Assembly (NCBI GenBank): GCA_045589735.1
Contig: JAZNPQ010000041.1
Location: 1 to 37,600 of the forward strand
DNA: 37,600 bases
From: Eubacteriales bacterium
GTDB taxonomy: Bacteria; Bacillota; Clostridia; Oscillospirales; CAG-272
Reading direction: 5' to 3'
Program-made: the position numbers and the translations under genes
Part shown: positions 21,524 to 29,584 of the stretch, piece after piece
Layout: each line of letters starts with the position of its first letter
How positions within the stretch are numbered: position 1 is the first letter of the stretch
The notes under the pieces: generated by a model
Told to the model about the DNA's origin: nothing
Seen by the model: the letters and a program-made list of their open reading frames with translations, nothing else
Database searches by the model: none

Positions 21524-22600
21524 TTATACAATCAACATCGCGTCGCCGAAGGAGAAGAAGCGGTACTTTTCCTCAACTGCCGTTTTGTACGCGTCAAGTA
21601 TGTGTTCTCTGTCGTAAAGTGCCGAGACAAGCATCAAGAGCGTGCTTTCTGGCAGGTGGAAATTAGTTATAAGCGCATCTACCGCCTTGAATTTGTAGCC
21701 GGGATAGATAAATATTCCCGTGTCTCCCGTGACTGCGTGCACCGTTCCCTCTCCGTCTGTCACGCTTTCAAGTGTGCGGCATGAGGTTGTACCGACGGCT
21801 ATTATCCGTCCGCCCTTTTTACGTCTTTCGTTTATTATTCTTGCGGATTCCTCGCTTACAGAAATAAATTCTGTATGCATTACGTGCTCGTCTATTCGGT
21901 CGGCTTTTACAGGTCTGAACGTTCCAAGTCCCACATGAAGCATTACGGGCACTACCGCGACACCTTTATTTTTCAGCTTTTCAATGAGTTCGGGCGTGAA
22001 ATGCAGTCCCGCCGTGGGTGCTGCCGCTGAGCCTTCCTCTCTTGCGTAGACCGTCTGATATCTCGATATGTCGGTCGGCTTTTCGGTTATATACGGAGGA
22101 AGCGGCATAAGACCTACCTTATGGAGCACCTCATATATGCTTGTATACTCTTCTCTATCATAATCAAACTTGACTATACGATTGCCCTCGTCGACTATAT
22201 CGGTAACAGTCGCTTTAAGTATTCCTCCGCCGAACTCAAGAGTTGCACCAACCTTTGCGCGTTTGCCGGGTTTTACAAGTGTTTCCCAGGTGTCAAGCCC
22301 TCTTGAGCGCAGAAGAAGCAGCTCTACCGCCGACTCACGTCCCACGGGATTTCCGAGAAGTCTTGCCGGAATTACCTTTGAATCGTTGATAACCAAGGTA
22401 TCCTCGGGATTTATATAATCTATTATATCGTAAAAATGCTTATGCTCGACAGTATTTTTTTCACGGTCAAGGATCATGAGCCTTGATCCGTCTCGTTTTT
22501 CAGCGGGATGCTGTGCTATAAGCTCCTCAGGTAGATCGTAATAAAAATCGGACGTCAGAAGGTCTGTCGGTTTTTTCTCGTTTACTATGACTTTATCCAT
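21524..22600 (-). CDS. queA: S-adenosylmethionine:tRNA ribosyltransferase-isomerase
   Basis: [56 protein letters not shown]. Confidence 0.98.
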   Translation of the reverse strand: MDKVIVNEKKPTDLLTSDFYYDLPEELIAQHPAEKRDGSRLMILDREKNTVEHKHFYDIIDYINPEDTLVINDSKVIPARLLGNPVGRESAVELLLLRSRGLDTWETLVKPGKRAKVGATLEFGGGILKATVTDIVDEGNRIVKFDYDREEYTSIYEVLHKVGLMPLPPYITEKPTDISRYQTVYAREEGSAAAPTAGLHFTPELIEKLKNKGVAVVPVMLHVGLGTFRPVKADRIDEHVMHTEFISVSEESARIINERRKKGGRIIAVGTTSCRTLESVTDGEGTVHAVTGDTGIFIYPGYKFKAVDALITNFHLPESTLLMLVSALYDREHILDAYKTAVEEKYRFFSFGDAMLIV

Positions 22601-22697
22601 AAAATGATACGCCTTTCTCTCTTCTTCGACATATAATGTTACTAACCAATACATTATAATATATATTTTCATTTTTTTCAATAGCTTGAGGTATCAT

Positions 22698-23588
22698 ATG
22701 AATAAAATAATTTTCGAGGGCGCCTCGACCGCCCTCATAACTCCTTTTAAAGACGGAAATATAGACTTTACGGCACTTGGAAAGCTGATAGATATGCAGG
22801 TCTCGTCGGGTATTGCGTCAATTACCGTCAGCGGTACTACGGGAGAGTCGGCGACACTCAGCGACAGCGAGAGGTGTGAGCTTTACGAATACACGGCAAA
22901 CCGAGTTGGGGGACGCATACCCATCATAGCGGGAACCGGAACGAACAGTACCGAACGCGCTTTCGAGCTTTCGCGCTCTGCGGTATCGTCGGGCTGTGAC
23001 GCTCTGCTCGCGGTCACACCCTACTATAACAAATCATCACCCGAAGGGCTTTACGCTCACTATATGAAAATCGCCGAAGCCGCAAAGGATCTGCCTGTCA
23101 TTGCGTATAACGTACCGTCACGTACAGGAGTCAATATACCTATTGAAACGCTGTCGCGTCTATATAAAAGCGGTGCGATATCGGCAATAAAAGAAGCATC
23201 GGGAGACCTTTCAAGAGTTGCAAAAATAGCCGCATACATACCGGGACTTACGGTATATTCGGGAAACGACGATCAAATATTGCCCATTATGTCGCTCGGC
23301 GGCAAGGGCGTTATATCGGTCTTATCAAATATTCTTCCGCGCGCCGTGCAAAAAATGTGCAACGAATATCTTGACGGTAATTCCAAAGACGCGCTTGAAC
23401 TCCAGCTAAAATTCCTTCCCGTGATAGAATTGCTTTTCTCAGACGTAAATCCTATACCTGTCAAATACGTTATGTCAAAAATGGGGCTCTGCCGCGAGGA
23501 ATACCGTCTGCCGCTTGTGTCTCCCAACGACATGCTGAAAAAGAAGCTGGACGGAATAATCCCTACTGTCATTGAGTATAGTAAATAA
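22698..23588 (+). CDS. dapA: 4-hydroxy-tetrahydrodipicolinate synthase
   Basis: ALITPF, GTTGES, YNVPSRTG, IKEASG, SGNDD, NPIPVK. Confidence 0.95.
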   Translation: MNKIIFEGASTALITPFKDGNIDFTALGKLIDMQVSSGIASITVSGTTGESATLSDSERCELYEYTANRVGGRIPIIAGTGTNSTERAFELSRSAVSSGCDALLAVTPYYNKSSPEGLYAHYMKIAEAAKDLPVIAYNVPSRTGVNIPIETLSRLYKSGAISAIKEASGDLSRVAKIAAYIPGLTVYSGNDDQILPIMSLGGKGVISVLSNILPRAVQKMCNEYLDGNSKDALELQLKFLPVIELLFSDVNPIPVKYVMSKMGLCREEYRLPLVSPNDMLKKKLDGIIPTVIEYSK

Positions 23589-23648
23589 CGTTTTAATGCT
23601 AAATTTCAATTTTAGTTAAAAATATTTAAATATTTTTTCAAAAAATAC

Positions 23649-23677
23649 TTCACAAAGTTCAAATTATGTGTTATAAT
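23649..23677 (+). promoter_or_regulatory. Sigma-A promoter of the response regulator
   Basis: TTCACA-17bp-TATAAT with extended TG. Confidence 0.55.
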
Positions 23678-23798
23678 AAGTTCATAATGGGTTAAAATTT
23701 GACCGAATTGTGCAAAAATTCAACTTAATTTCACACAGAATCCAAATTCACATTATATATTTATCTAAGCAACAAAGATAAATCAGCGGGAGGTAAAA

Positions 23799-24491
23799 AT
23801 GTTGGATACAAAAATTCTAATTATTGACGACGATCCTACTATTTGCGAATTACTTAAAGATTATCTTGAAAAGGAAGGCTATGAGGTAAAAGCTGTAAAC
23901 GACGGCGTTGACGGCATAAACTTTTTTAAGATTTATGAGCCGGATCTTGTCCTTCTTGATATTATGCTCCCGAAAAAGGACGGATATCAAGTCTGCCGAG
24001 AAATTCGTGAGGTTTCAGGTAAGCCCATTATTATGATAACTGCCAAGGGGGATGTTATCGATAAGGTTATCGGTCTTGAGCTCGGTGCTGACGACTATCT
24101 GGTAAAGCCATTTGATATGAAGGAGCTTTCTTCACGTATCAAGGCAGTCCTCAGACGCTATTATATACATACCAAGCAGTATGATGAGGAGATAATCAAA
24201 TTTGAAAATATCGAAATAAGTCTCCAGAAATATGAGCTTAAATTAGGTGGCAGATCTGTGGATATTCCACCGAAGGAGCTTGAGCTTCTCTACTTCCTCG
24301 CATCTAACTATAACAGAGTATTTACACGCGATCAGCTTCTCGATAAGGTCTGGGGCTTTGATTACCTCGGAGACTCCCGCACGGTTGACGTTCACGTAAA
24401 GCGTCTTCGCGAAAAGCTTGAAGGTGTTTCCGACAAATGGGTACTGAAAACCGTTTGGGGTGTCGGATATAAATTTGAGTTGCTTAACTGA
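23799..24491 (+). CDS. OmpR/PhoB-family response regulator
   Basis: IDDD, LLDIMLP, GADDYLVKPF, SRTVDVHVKRLREK, TVWGVGYKF. Confidence 0.97.
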   Translation: MLDTKILIIDDDPTICELLKDYLEKEGYEVKAVNDGVDGINFFKIYEPDLVLLDIMLPKKDGYQVCREIREVSGKPIIMITAKGDVIDKVIGLELGADDYLVKPFDMKELSSRIKAVLRRYYIHTKQYDEEIIKFENIEISLQKYELKLGGRSVDIPPKELELLYFLASNYNRVFTRDQLLDKVWGFDYLGDSRTVDVHVKRLREKLEGVSDKWVLKTVWGVGYKFELLN

Positions 24492-24573
24492 TTACGAAGA
24501 ATAAGTGTTGACAGCGTTTTCGGTAGATATTACCGATTCGTCTTCACTCTTAACTATAATAAGGATATAACCT

Positions 24574-26007
24574 ATGATAGAAGAAAACATTAACCAAAAC
24601 GGTATGAACGCCGAAAACACAGATGGCGCTAAAGTTCCTGAGCCTATAAGCGAAACAACAGACAGCACTCAGTCAGAGTCTGAAATGTCCGCACCTCCCC
24701 TGCAGGATGACAGTCAGCCCAAATACGTTTATCATTGGGAGCTTGACTCGGACGACACGTGGAAAGGCAAGAGAAAGAACAACGGCAAGAAAAAAAGGCA
24801 CGGCGGAACACCGACTTTCATAGCGATCATGCTCGTTGCTCTCGCGGCAGCCATACTTTGTCTTTCCGCAGTTCTCTACTTTACCCCAGACTACACCTCG
24901 GGCGCAGCCATGGGTTCTGTTTCGAAGCTTTATGAAAGCAGCTGTCCTTTCACGGTTGCTATTGAGACCGACGCCCGCTCTATCGGCACAGGCTTCTTTG
25001 TTACCGAAAACGGATACGTTGTCACAAACCATCACGTTATAGCAAACGCATCTTCGGTTCTCGTTTATACTAACAACGGACAAAAATATTCTGCCGATAT
25101 AGTAGGCTCTGACGTCGAGCTTGACTTAGCTGTTCTTAAGGTAAACGGGAAGAACGGTCAGACCTTCCCTGCTGCAAAGATAGCAAACTCCGACAAGGTA
25201 AAAACAGGTGACAGTATAATCGTTATAGGAACTCCCGTACGTCTTGATCTTGCGTGGTCACTCACTACGGGATACGTTTCTTATGCAAAGCGCGAATCCA
25301 ATATGTCGGGGACTATGCAGACGTATATACAGATAAGCGCCGCCGTTAACCCCGGAAACTCGGGCGGACCTCTTATCAATGCAAACGGTGAGGTCATAGG
25401 TATCGTTCAGGCGCGTATCATAGACAAAGAAGAAGTTTACGATGCAAACGGTCAGATTATAGGATATACTATGCCGGGAGCTGACGGAATCGGGCTTGCT
25501 ATTCCGATAAATAAAGTCATCGATACCTTTGAAGAGCTTATTGACGGTAACATGAAAGAACCCATACTCGGTATAACCTGCGTATCTGTCTATGAAGGCA
25601 GAGAGTATTTTATGACCGACGGTTCAGCGTATTACGTACAAACCGATGATAATTCACAAAAGTATTTCGTGAAATATGATTCATTTACGCAAGAACAGAC
25701 TACGGTAATAATCACAGACGAGGTTCTTGAAACCGGTACTATTTTCACCGCACATAAAAGTGGTATATGGATAGAAGAGGTGGCCGATAATTCCGGAGCT
25801 AAAGGGATTCTCGATACCGGAGATATCATATTAAGCTTCGGTTCTCTTAATCTTTCGGAAGAGGCAAACTCAAATCTGTCCGTGAATCTTGTCAGCGTTA
25901 TCAAAGACGAGCTTGCCAAATATAAGGCAGGTGACATTGTCGAGGTAACTTATCTCAGAGACGGAAACGTTTATACAGTAGATATCACTCTTACTGCAAA
26001 GCAATAA
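24574..26007 (+). CDS. htrA: Membrane-anchored HtrA/DegP-family serine protease with PDZ domain
   Basis: TM helix; TNHHV, DLAVLKV, NPGNSGGPL triad; C-terminal PDZ (GDII...VTYLRDG). Confidence 0.9.
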   Translation: MIEENINQNGMNAENTDGAKVPEPISETTDSTQSESEMSAPPLQDDSQPKYVYHWELDSDDTWKGKRKNNGKKKRHGGTPTFIAIMLVALAAAILCLSAVLYFTPDYTSGAAMGSVSKLYESSCPFTVAIETDARSIGTGFFVTENGYVVTNHHVIANASSVLVYTNNGQKYSADIVGSDVELDLAVLKVNGKNGQTFPAAKIANSDKVKTGDSIIVIGTPVRLDLAWSLTTGYVSYAKRESNMSGTMQTYIQISAAVNPGNSGGPLINANGEVIGIVQARIIDKEEVYDANGQIIGYTMPGADGIGLAIPINKVIDTFEELIDGNMKEPILGITCVSVYEGREYFMTDGSAYYVQTDDNSQKYFVKYDSFTQEQTTVIITDEVLETGTIFTAHKSGIWIEEVADNSGAKGILDTGDIILSFGSLNLSEEANSNLSVNLVSVIKDELAKYKAGDIVEVTYLRDGNVYTVDITLTAKQ

Positions 26008-26014
26008 AAAAGAA

Positions 26015-26054
26015 GAGGGTGAGTCAAATGCATTTTTGCATTTGACTCACCCTC
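26015..26054. terminator. Terminator / dispersed palindrome
   Basis: Perfect 18-bp stem GAGGGTGAGTCAAATGCA-TTTT-TGCATTTGACTCACCCTC. Confidence 0.75.
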
Positions 26055-26258
26055 AACGTTTTTGCTTGACGGTTAAACACCGTCATTTTTGCCTTTATAA
26101 AGGCAAAAAACGCAAATTCCGAGCAACAAAAAAGTCTAACGTCAACTTTTTTGCGTGGGAGCTTCGTTAATGACTCTGCCCCTTCTTTTTCTATTAGATT
26201 ATAAAACATCGCGATTCAGAGCATACTTTTCTTTAATAAAGTACTGCGAGGTGTTGTT

Positions 26259-27221
26259 ATGTGTACCGCTCTTCATTCGGGTATTCTTTTTGGAAGAACT
26301 CTTGACCTCGAATACTCATACGGTGAAAATATTGTGTGTGTTCCGCGTCGGTTTCGTTTTGATTTTTTGCGTGAATCACCTGAACACGACCACGCCGCAA
26401 TCATCGGTGTCGCGCACATCAACAGAGGTATTCCTCTTTTCTATGACGCCGTAAACGAGCATGGACTTGCCGCCGCGGCGTTGAATTTTCCGAGGTGCGC
26501 CGTCTACCGCAAGCCCGACGCAAAGCTTACAAATCTTGCGTCGTTTGAGCTTATACCGTGGCTTCTTTGTCGGTGCCGTGATCTTTCATCTGCTGTGGAT
26601 ATGCTTAAAAATATAAATATTACCGACGACAGCGTTGACACTTCTCTTCCCTCAACTCCTCTTCATTGGATGATTGCAGACAGGACGGGAGCCGTCGTTG
26701 CAGAACCTACGCAAGACGGTCTTAAAATATACGAAAATCCCTTTGGCGTGATGACGAACGCTCCCGATTTTCCGTATCACGTCAACCGTTTATCGGAATT
26801 AATGAATGTAAGTCCGTATCCGCCGAAAAATCGCATTTTTCCATCGGCAGAGCTTATTTCTTATTCGCGCGGCAGCGGTGCGCTCGGTATTCCCGGTGAT
26901 TTTTCGTCAGCATCGAGGTTTATCCGCGCCACCTTTGCCTCGGCTCACACAGCTCACGGCGAAACCAAGTCGGATGAAATATCTCGATTTTTTCATATTA
27001 TGGACACCGTCGCGCAACCGTCAGGGTGTGCTGTAACCGACGGGGGAAAGCCTATATCGACCGTCTACACCTCCTGCGCCGATACCGAAACCGCCACCTA
27101 CTGCTTTACGACCTACGGATGTCGGCGTATACGTTCTGTTGCACTTAAAAATACGGCGCTCGATTCGGATACTCTCGTCGCGTATCCTATGGAGTCCCGT
27201 GAGGATATTTTGTGTTTATAA
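26259..27221 (+). CDS. Choloylglycine hydrolase / penicillin V acylase family Ntn hydrolase
   Basis: N-terminal MCT nucleophile, GRTLD, NEHGL, MTNAP, PGDFSSASRF. Confidence 0.9.
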   Translation: MCTALHSGILFGRTLDLEYSYGENIVCVPRRFRFDFLRESPEHDHAAIIGVAHINRGIPLFYDAVNEHGLAAAALNFPRCAVYRKPDAKLTNLASFELIPWLLCRCRDLSSAVDMLKNINITDDSVDTSLPSTPLHWMIADRTGAVVAEPTQDGLKIYENPFGVMTNAPDFPYHVNRLSELMNVSPYPPKNRIFPSAELISYSRGSGALGIPGDFSSASRFIRATFASAHTAHGETKSDEISRFFHIMDTVAQPSGCAVTDGGKPISTVYTSCADTETATYCFTTYGCRRIRSVALKNTALDSDTLVAYPMESREDILCL

Positions 27222-27731
27222 AATATTGTTTTCTTTTTCAAAGTGTGTGAGCTGTCTTTGGTTTTTTATTATTACGATCTTGTCGGGATACTTTTCGGCT
27301 AAATTCTTGTATCTGTCGCGTGCTTTTTTATTTCGTCCGCCGTAAAGTATCCAACAGGCAAATTCAGCGTCAAATTTTTCGTTACACCCCTCTGCCATAT
27401 CGGGTCTTGTCAGTCCTTTATATTTTTTGTATCTTCGATAGGCTCGAGACAGGCAGGCAAAGCGGTTGAAAAGCAACATTATTATCATATCCGCTTCCTC
27501 TGTTCTGCGGTCATAAAACAGCTTTGTGTAGTTTCCGTCTATCACCCAAGAGCTGTTTTCATTAAGGAAATTCTCAACGTCGCGTAGTTTTTCTTCGGCA
27601 TTACGTTCTGTCCAACCGTCAGAAAAGTGAACGTCATCAAGGTGCATAACGGGTATACTGTATTTCTCAGCAAGCTTTCTTGCAAGTGTCGATTTGCCCG
27701 AACTGCTGTAGCCGATTATTGAGATTTTCAT
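27216..27731 (-). CDS. Adenylate-kinase-like P-loop protein (topology modulation protein family)
   Basis: MKISIIGYSSSGKSTLARKL, HLDD, WVIDGNY, RPDMAEGCNEKFD; AGGAG RBS. Confidence 0.88.
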   Translation of the reverse strand: MKISIIGYSSSGKSTLARKLAEKYSIPVMHLDDVHFSDGWTERNAEEKLRDVENFLNENSSWVIDGNYTKLFYDRRTEEADMIIMLLFNRFACLSRAYRRYKKYKGLTRPDMAEGCNEKFDAEFACWILYGGRNKKARDRYKNLAEKYPDKIVIIKNQRQLTHFEKENNIL

Positions 27732-27785
27732 TTTGAGTCTCCTTATAAAATTTGTCTTAAAACATAATGATGACCTTATTTTTAA

Positions 27786-27992
27786 GTGAAATATTCGGCG
27801 TTGCCGAATGTGAAATAATTCACGTTGTGAATTGTGAAATATCTCACTTCGTTCGATGTGAAATAAAATTCGCCTTTTCACATTTGCGAAGCAAATATTT
27901 CACAGCGAAGCTATTCACATGGCGAAGCCATATTTCACTCGCCGAAGGCGAATTTCGTTGAAAAAAGCACTTGCAATGCAAGTGCTTTTTTC
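27786..27992. repeat. REP-like multi-hairpin element built from GTGAAAT/ATTTCAC units, ending in a terminator
   Basis: Four GTGAAAT copies, then ATTTCAC/ATTCAC copies with GCGAAGC mini-hairpins; GAAAAAAGCACTTGCA...TGCAAGTGCTTTTTTC at 27960-27992. Confidence 0.65.
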
Positions 27993-28013
27993 TGGTGGGG
28001 GATGGTGGATTCG
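27993..28013 (-). repeat. 21-bp duplicate of the tRNA-Tyr 3' end
   Basis: TGGTGGGGGATGGTGGATTCG identical to 28169-28189. Confidence 0.9.
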
Positions 28014-28168
28014 TGACCCTCGCGAGCGTCGCTTCGCTCCTTATCGCTTTCAAGAACGCTTATTATACGATTTGTTTTTTTGTTTTCCTGCGTTCTTGTT
28101 TCGGTGTTCCTTTCGCCCACCTTTTCCACCAAATAAAAAACCAAGCCTTTTGGGCTTGGTCTTTTATT

Positions 28169-28253
28169 TGGTGGGGGATGGTGGATTCGGACCACCGAAG
28201 TCAGTGACAACAGATTTACAGTCTGCCCCCTTTGGCCGCTCGGGAAATCCCCC
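28169..28253 (-). tRNA. tRNA-Tyr(GTA)
   Basis: GGGGGATTTCCCGAGCGGCCAAAGGGGGCAGACT-GTA-AATCTG...long variable arm...CCACCATCCCCCACCA. Confidence 0.96.
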
Positions 28254-28284
28254 ATTATTAACCGACCTCTGCGGGTCGGTTTTT

Positions 28285-28359
28285 TGGAGCTGGTGATCGG
28301 AGTCGAACCAACAACCTGCTGATTACAAATCAGCTGCTCTGCCATTGAGCCACACCAGC
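28285..28359 (-). tRNA. tRNA-Thr(TGT)
   Basis: GCTGGTGTGGCTCAATGGCAGAGCAGCTGATT-TGT-AATCAG...GTTCGACTCCGATCACCAGCTCCA. Confidence 0.97.
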
Positions 28360-28377
28360 AAAATTCGGAACGTGCCT

Positions 28378-28406
28378 ATTATATCACATCACTTTCCTTT
28401 TGTCAA
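28378..28406 (-). promoter_or_regulatory. Strong sigma-A promoter of the tRNA operon
   Basis: TTGACA-17bp-TATAAT with TG and an upstream A-rich tract. Confidence 0.85.
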
Positions 28407-28443
28407 CACCTTTTTTCACTTTTTTCAAAAATTTTTTCAGGTC

Positions 28444-29058
28444 TTAAAATTTCTCTCCTTTTAGCTCTTTCAGCGTAGAAAAAGTCCCTTCTTTTATGCC
28501 TCTGCAAACCGTTACTGTATATTTCCCCTCTATTTCAAAGCTGTCGTACGCAACCGATTCGTCTTTTTCACTGTCAAGCTCGTGTGACTGTCCGCCTTTG
28601 TACTTATAATACGCTTCCTTTCTCGTCCATACCGTCGCAAAGCCCTTGGCACTCTCTCCTGCTCTGCTCCTTTCCCTCTCCGAAAAAAATCTTTCCTTTA
28701 TTTTTTCATATTTAGTGTCTGTCGGAATCTTTTCTATATCAACACCGACATTTCCTTCCGTTGACACCGCACAGACCGCGTATTCTCCCGAATGTGACAG
28801 ACTGAAGCTTATATCTTCTCTATTTAGGAAGTACGGTCGGCCGTATTCGTCCTTTTTATATTTCATCGTGGAGATATCTTCATGGAATTCATTTTTCAGC
28901 GTTTTTGCAAGCAGAAAAAGAGCCGCACAGCTTTCATTTATCGAAGCTCGGCTTTTTCTTTTTTTGATTTCCTCAATATATTCCCGACAGTCAAAAGCTA
29001 CGCAAAGCTGCAGGGGGTCTATACTGTCTTTTATTTTGCAATAGGTCAACGCTTTCAT
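28444..29058 (-). CDS. Sfp-type 4'-phosphopantetheinyl transferase
   Basis: YGRPY, FSLSHSG, VGVDIE, WTRKEAYYK. Confidence 0.92.
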   Translation of the reverse strand: MKALTYCKIKDSIDPLQLCVAFDCREYIEEIKKRKSRASINESCAALFLLAKTLKNEFHEDISTMKYKKDEYGRPYFLNREDISFSLSHSGEYAVCAVSTEGNVGVDIEKIPTDTKYEKIKERFFSERERSRAGESAKGFATVWTRKEAYYKYKGGQSHELDSEKDESVAYDSFEIEGKYTVTVCRGIKEGTFSTLKELKGEKF

Positions 29059-29116
29059 TTGCTCACCTCTCTGTAATTATAACACAAATTAAAAAATTTT
29101 TCAATTATTTTTATTT

Positions 29117-29172
29117 TTTGGCACTGTTTGGCACTTTATGGCACTGTCGGTTTTTATACCGCGTGTTAAAAT
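29117..29172 (+). promoter_or_regulatory. Putative activator-dependent promoter: three phased direct repeats plus extended -10
   Basis: TTTGGCACTG/TTTGGCACTT/TATGGCACTG at 10-bp period (29117-29146); TGtTAAAAT at 29164-29172; no canonical -35. Confidence 0.6.
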
Positions 29173-29203
29173 CTACTCGCACAAGCAACCAAGGAGGTGA
29201 ATC

Positions 29204-29584
29204 GTGTGCACAGATGATCTTGATGCAATTTGTCAGATGAAGCGACTATCCGAGCTTGCCGAAAAATATATTCTCGCCTGCCGCGAGGACAAGGACTTCG
29301 GAAAGCAGGGACGCTTCCCAAACATTGCAGGATTTTGCCGTTTCTTCGGCTTTCCCGGTGACTCGCTTGACAAAATAAAGCGCGAGTATCCCGACAGTTA
29401 TTCGGCTCTGTGCCTTATTTTCGAAGACGAGGCGCTTAACTCGGACGTTTCTGCGTCGGTGCTATCGGCGTATTTAAAAAAGCGTCTCGGATACAGTGAG
29501 GAAAAGGAAAAAACCGACTCCTCGCTGAGCTTCGAGCAGTTAAAATTGGTTTTTGAGCATGACATCGTCGCCGACGGAGAATGA
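29204..29584 (+). CDS. Putative terminase small subunit / DNA-packaging protein
   Basis: 126 aa directly upstream of and overlapping TerL; AAGGAGGTG RBS; FPNIAGFCRFFG HTH-like segment reminiscent of P22 gp3-type TerS. Confidence 0.6.
   Translation: MCTDDLDAICQMKRLSELAEKYILACREDKDFGKQGRFPNIAGFCRFFGFPGDSLDKIKREYPDSYSALCLIFEDEALNSDVSASVLSAYLKKRLGYSEEKEKTDSSLSFEQLKLVFEHDIVADGE

Noticed and set aside
27786-27960. CRISPR array
   Set aside because: Repeat units are only about 7 bp, spacers are short and self-complementary, and no cas genes are present.
27767-28345. Short ORFs across the tRNA/repeat region, and the N-terminal extension of the 27216..27881 ORF
   Set aside because: They overlap tRNAs and palindromic repeats; the real start with an RBS is at 27731.
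29117-29146. TTGGCACT repeats as a second CIRCE/HrcA site
   Set aside because: They resemble one CIRCE arm but are direct repeats; there is no inverted GAGTGCTAA arm at 9-bp spacing.
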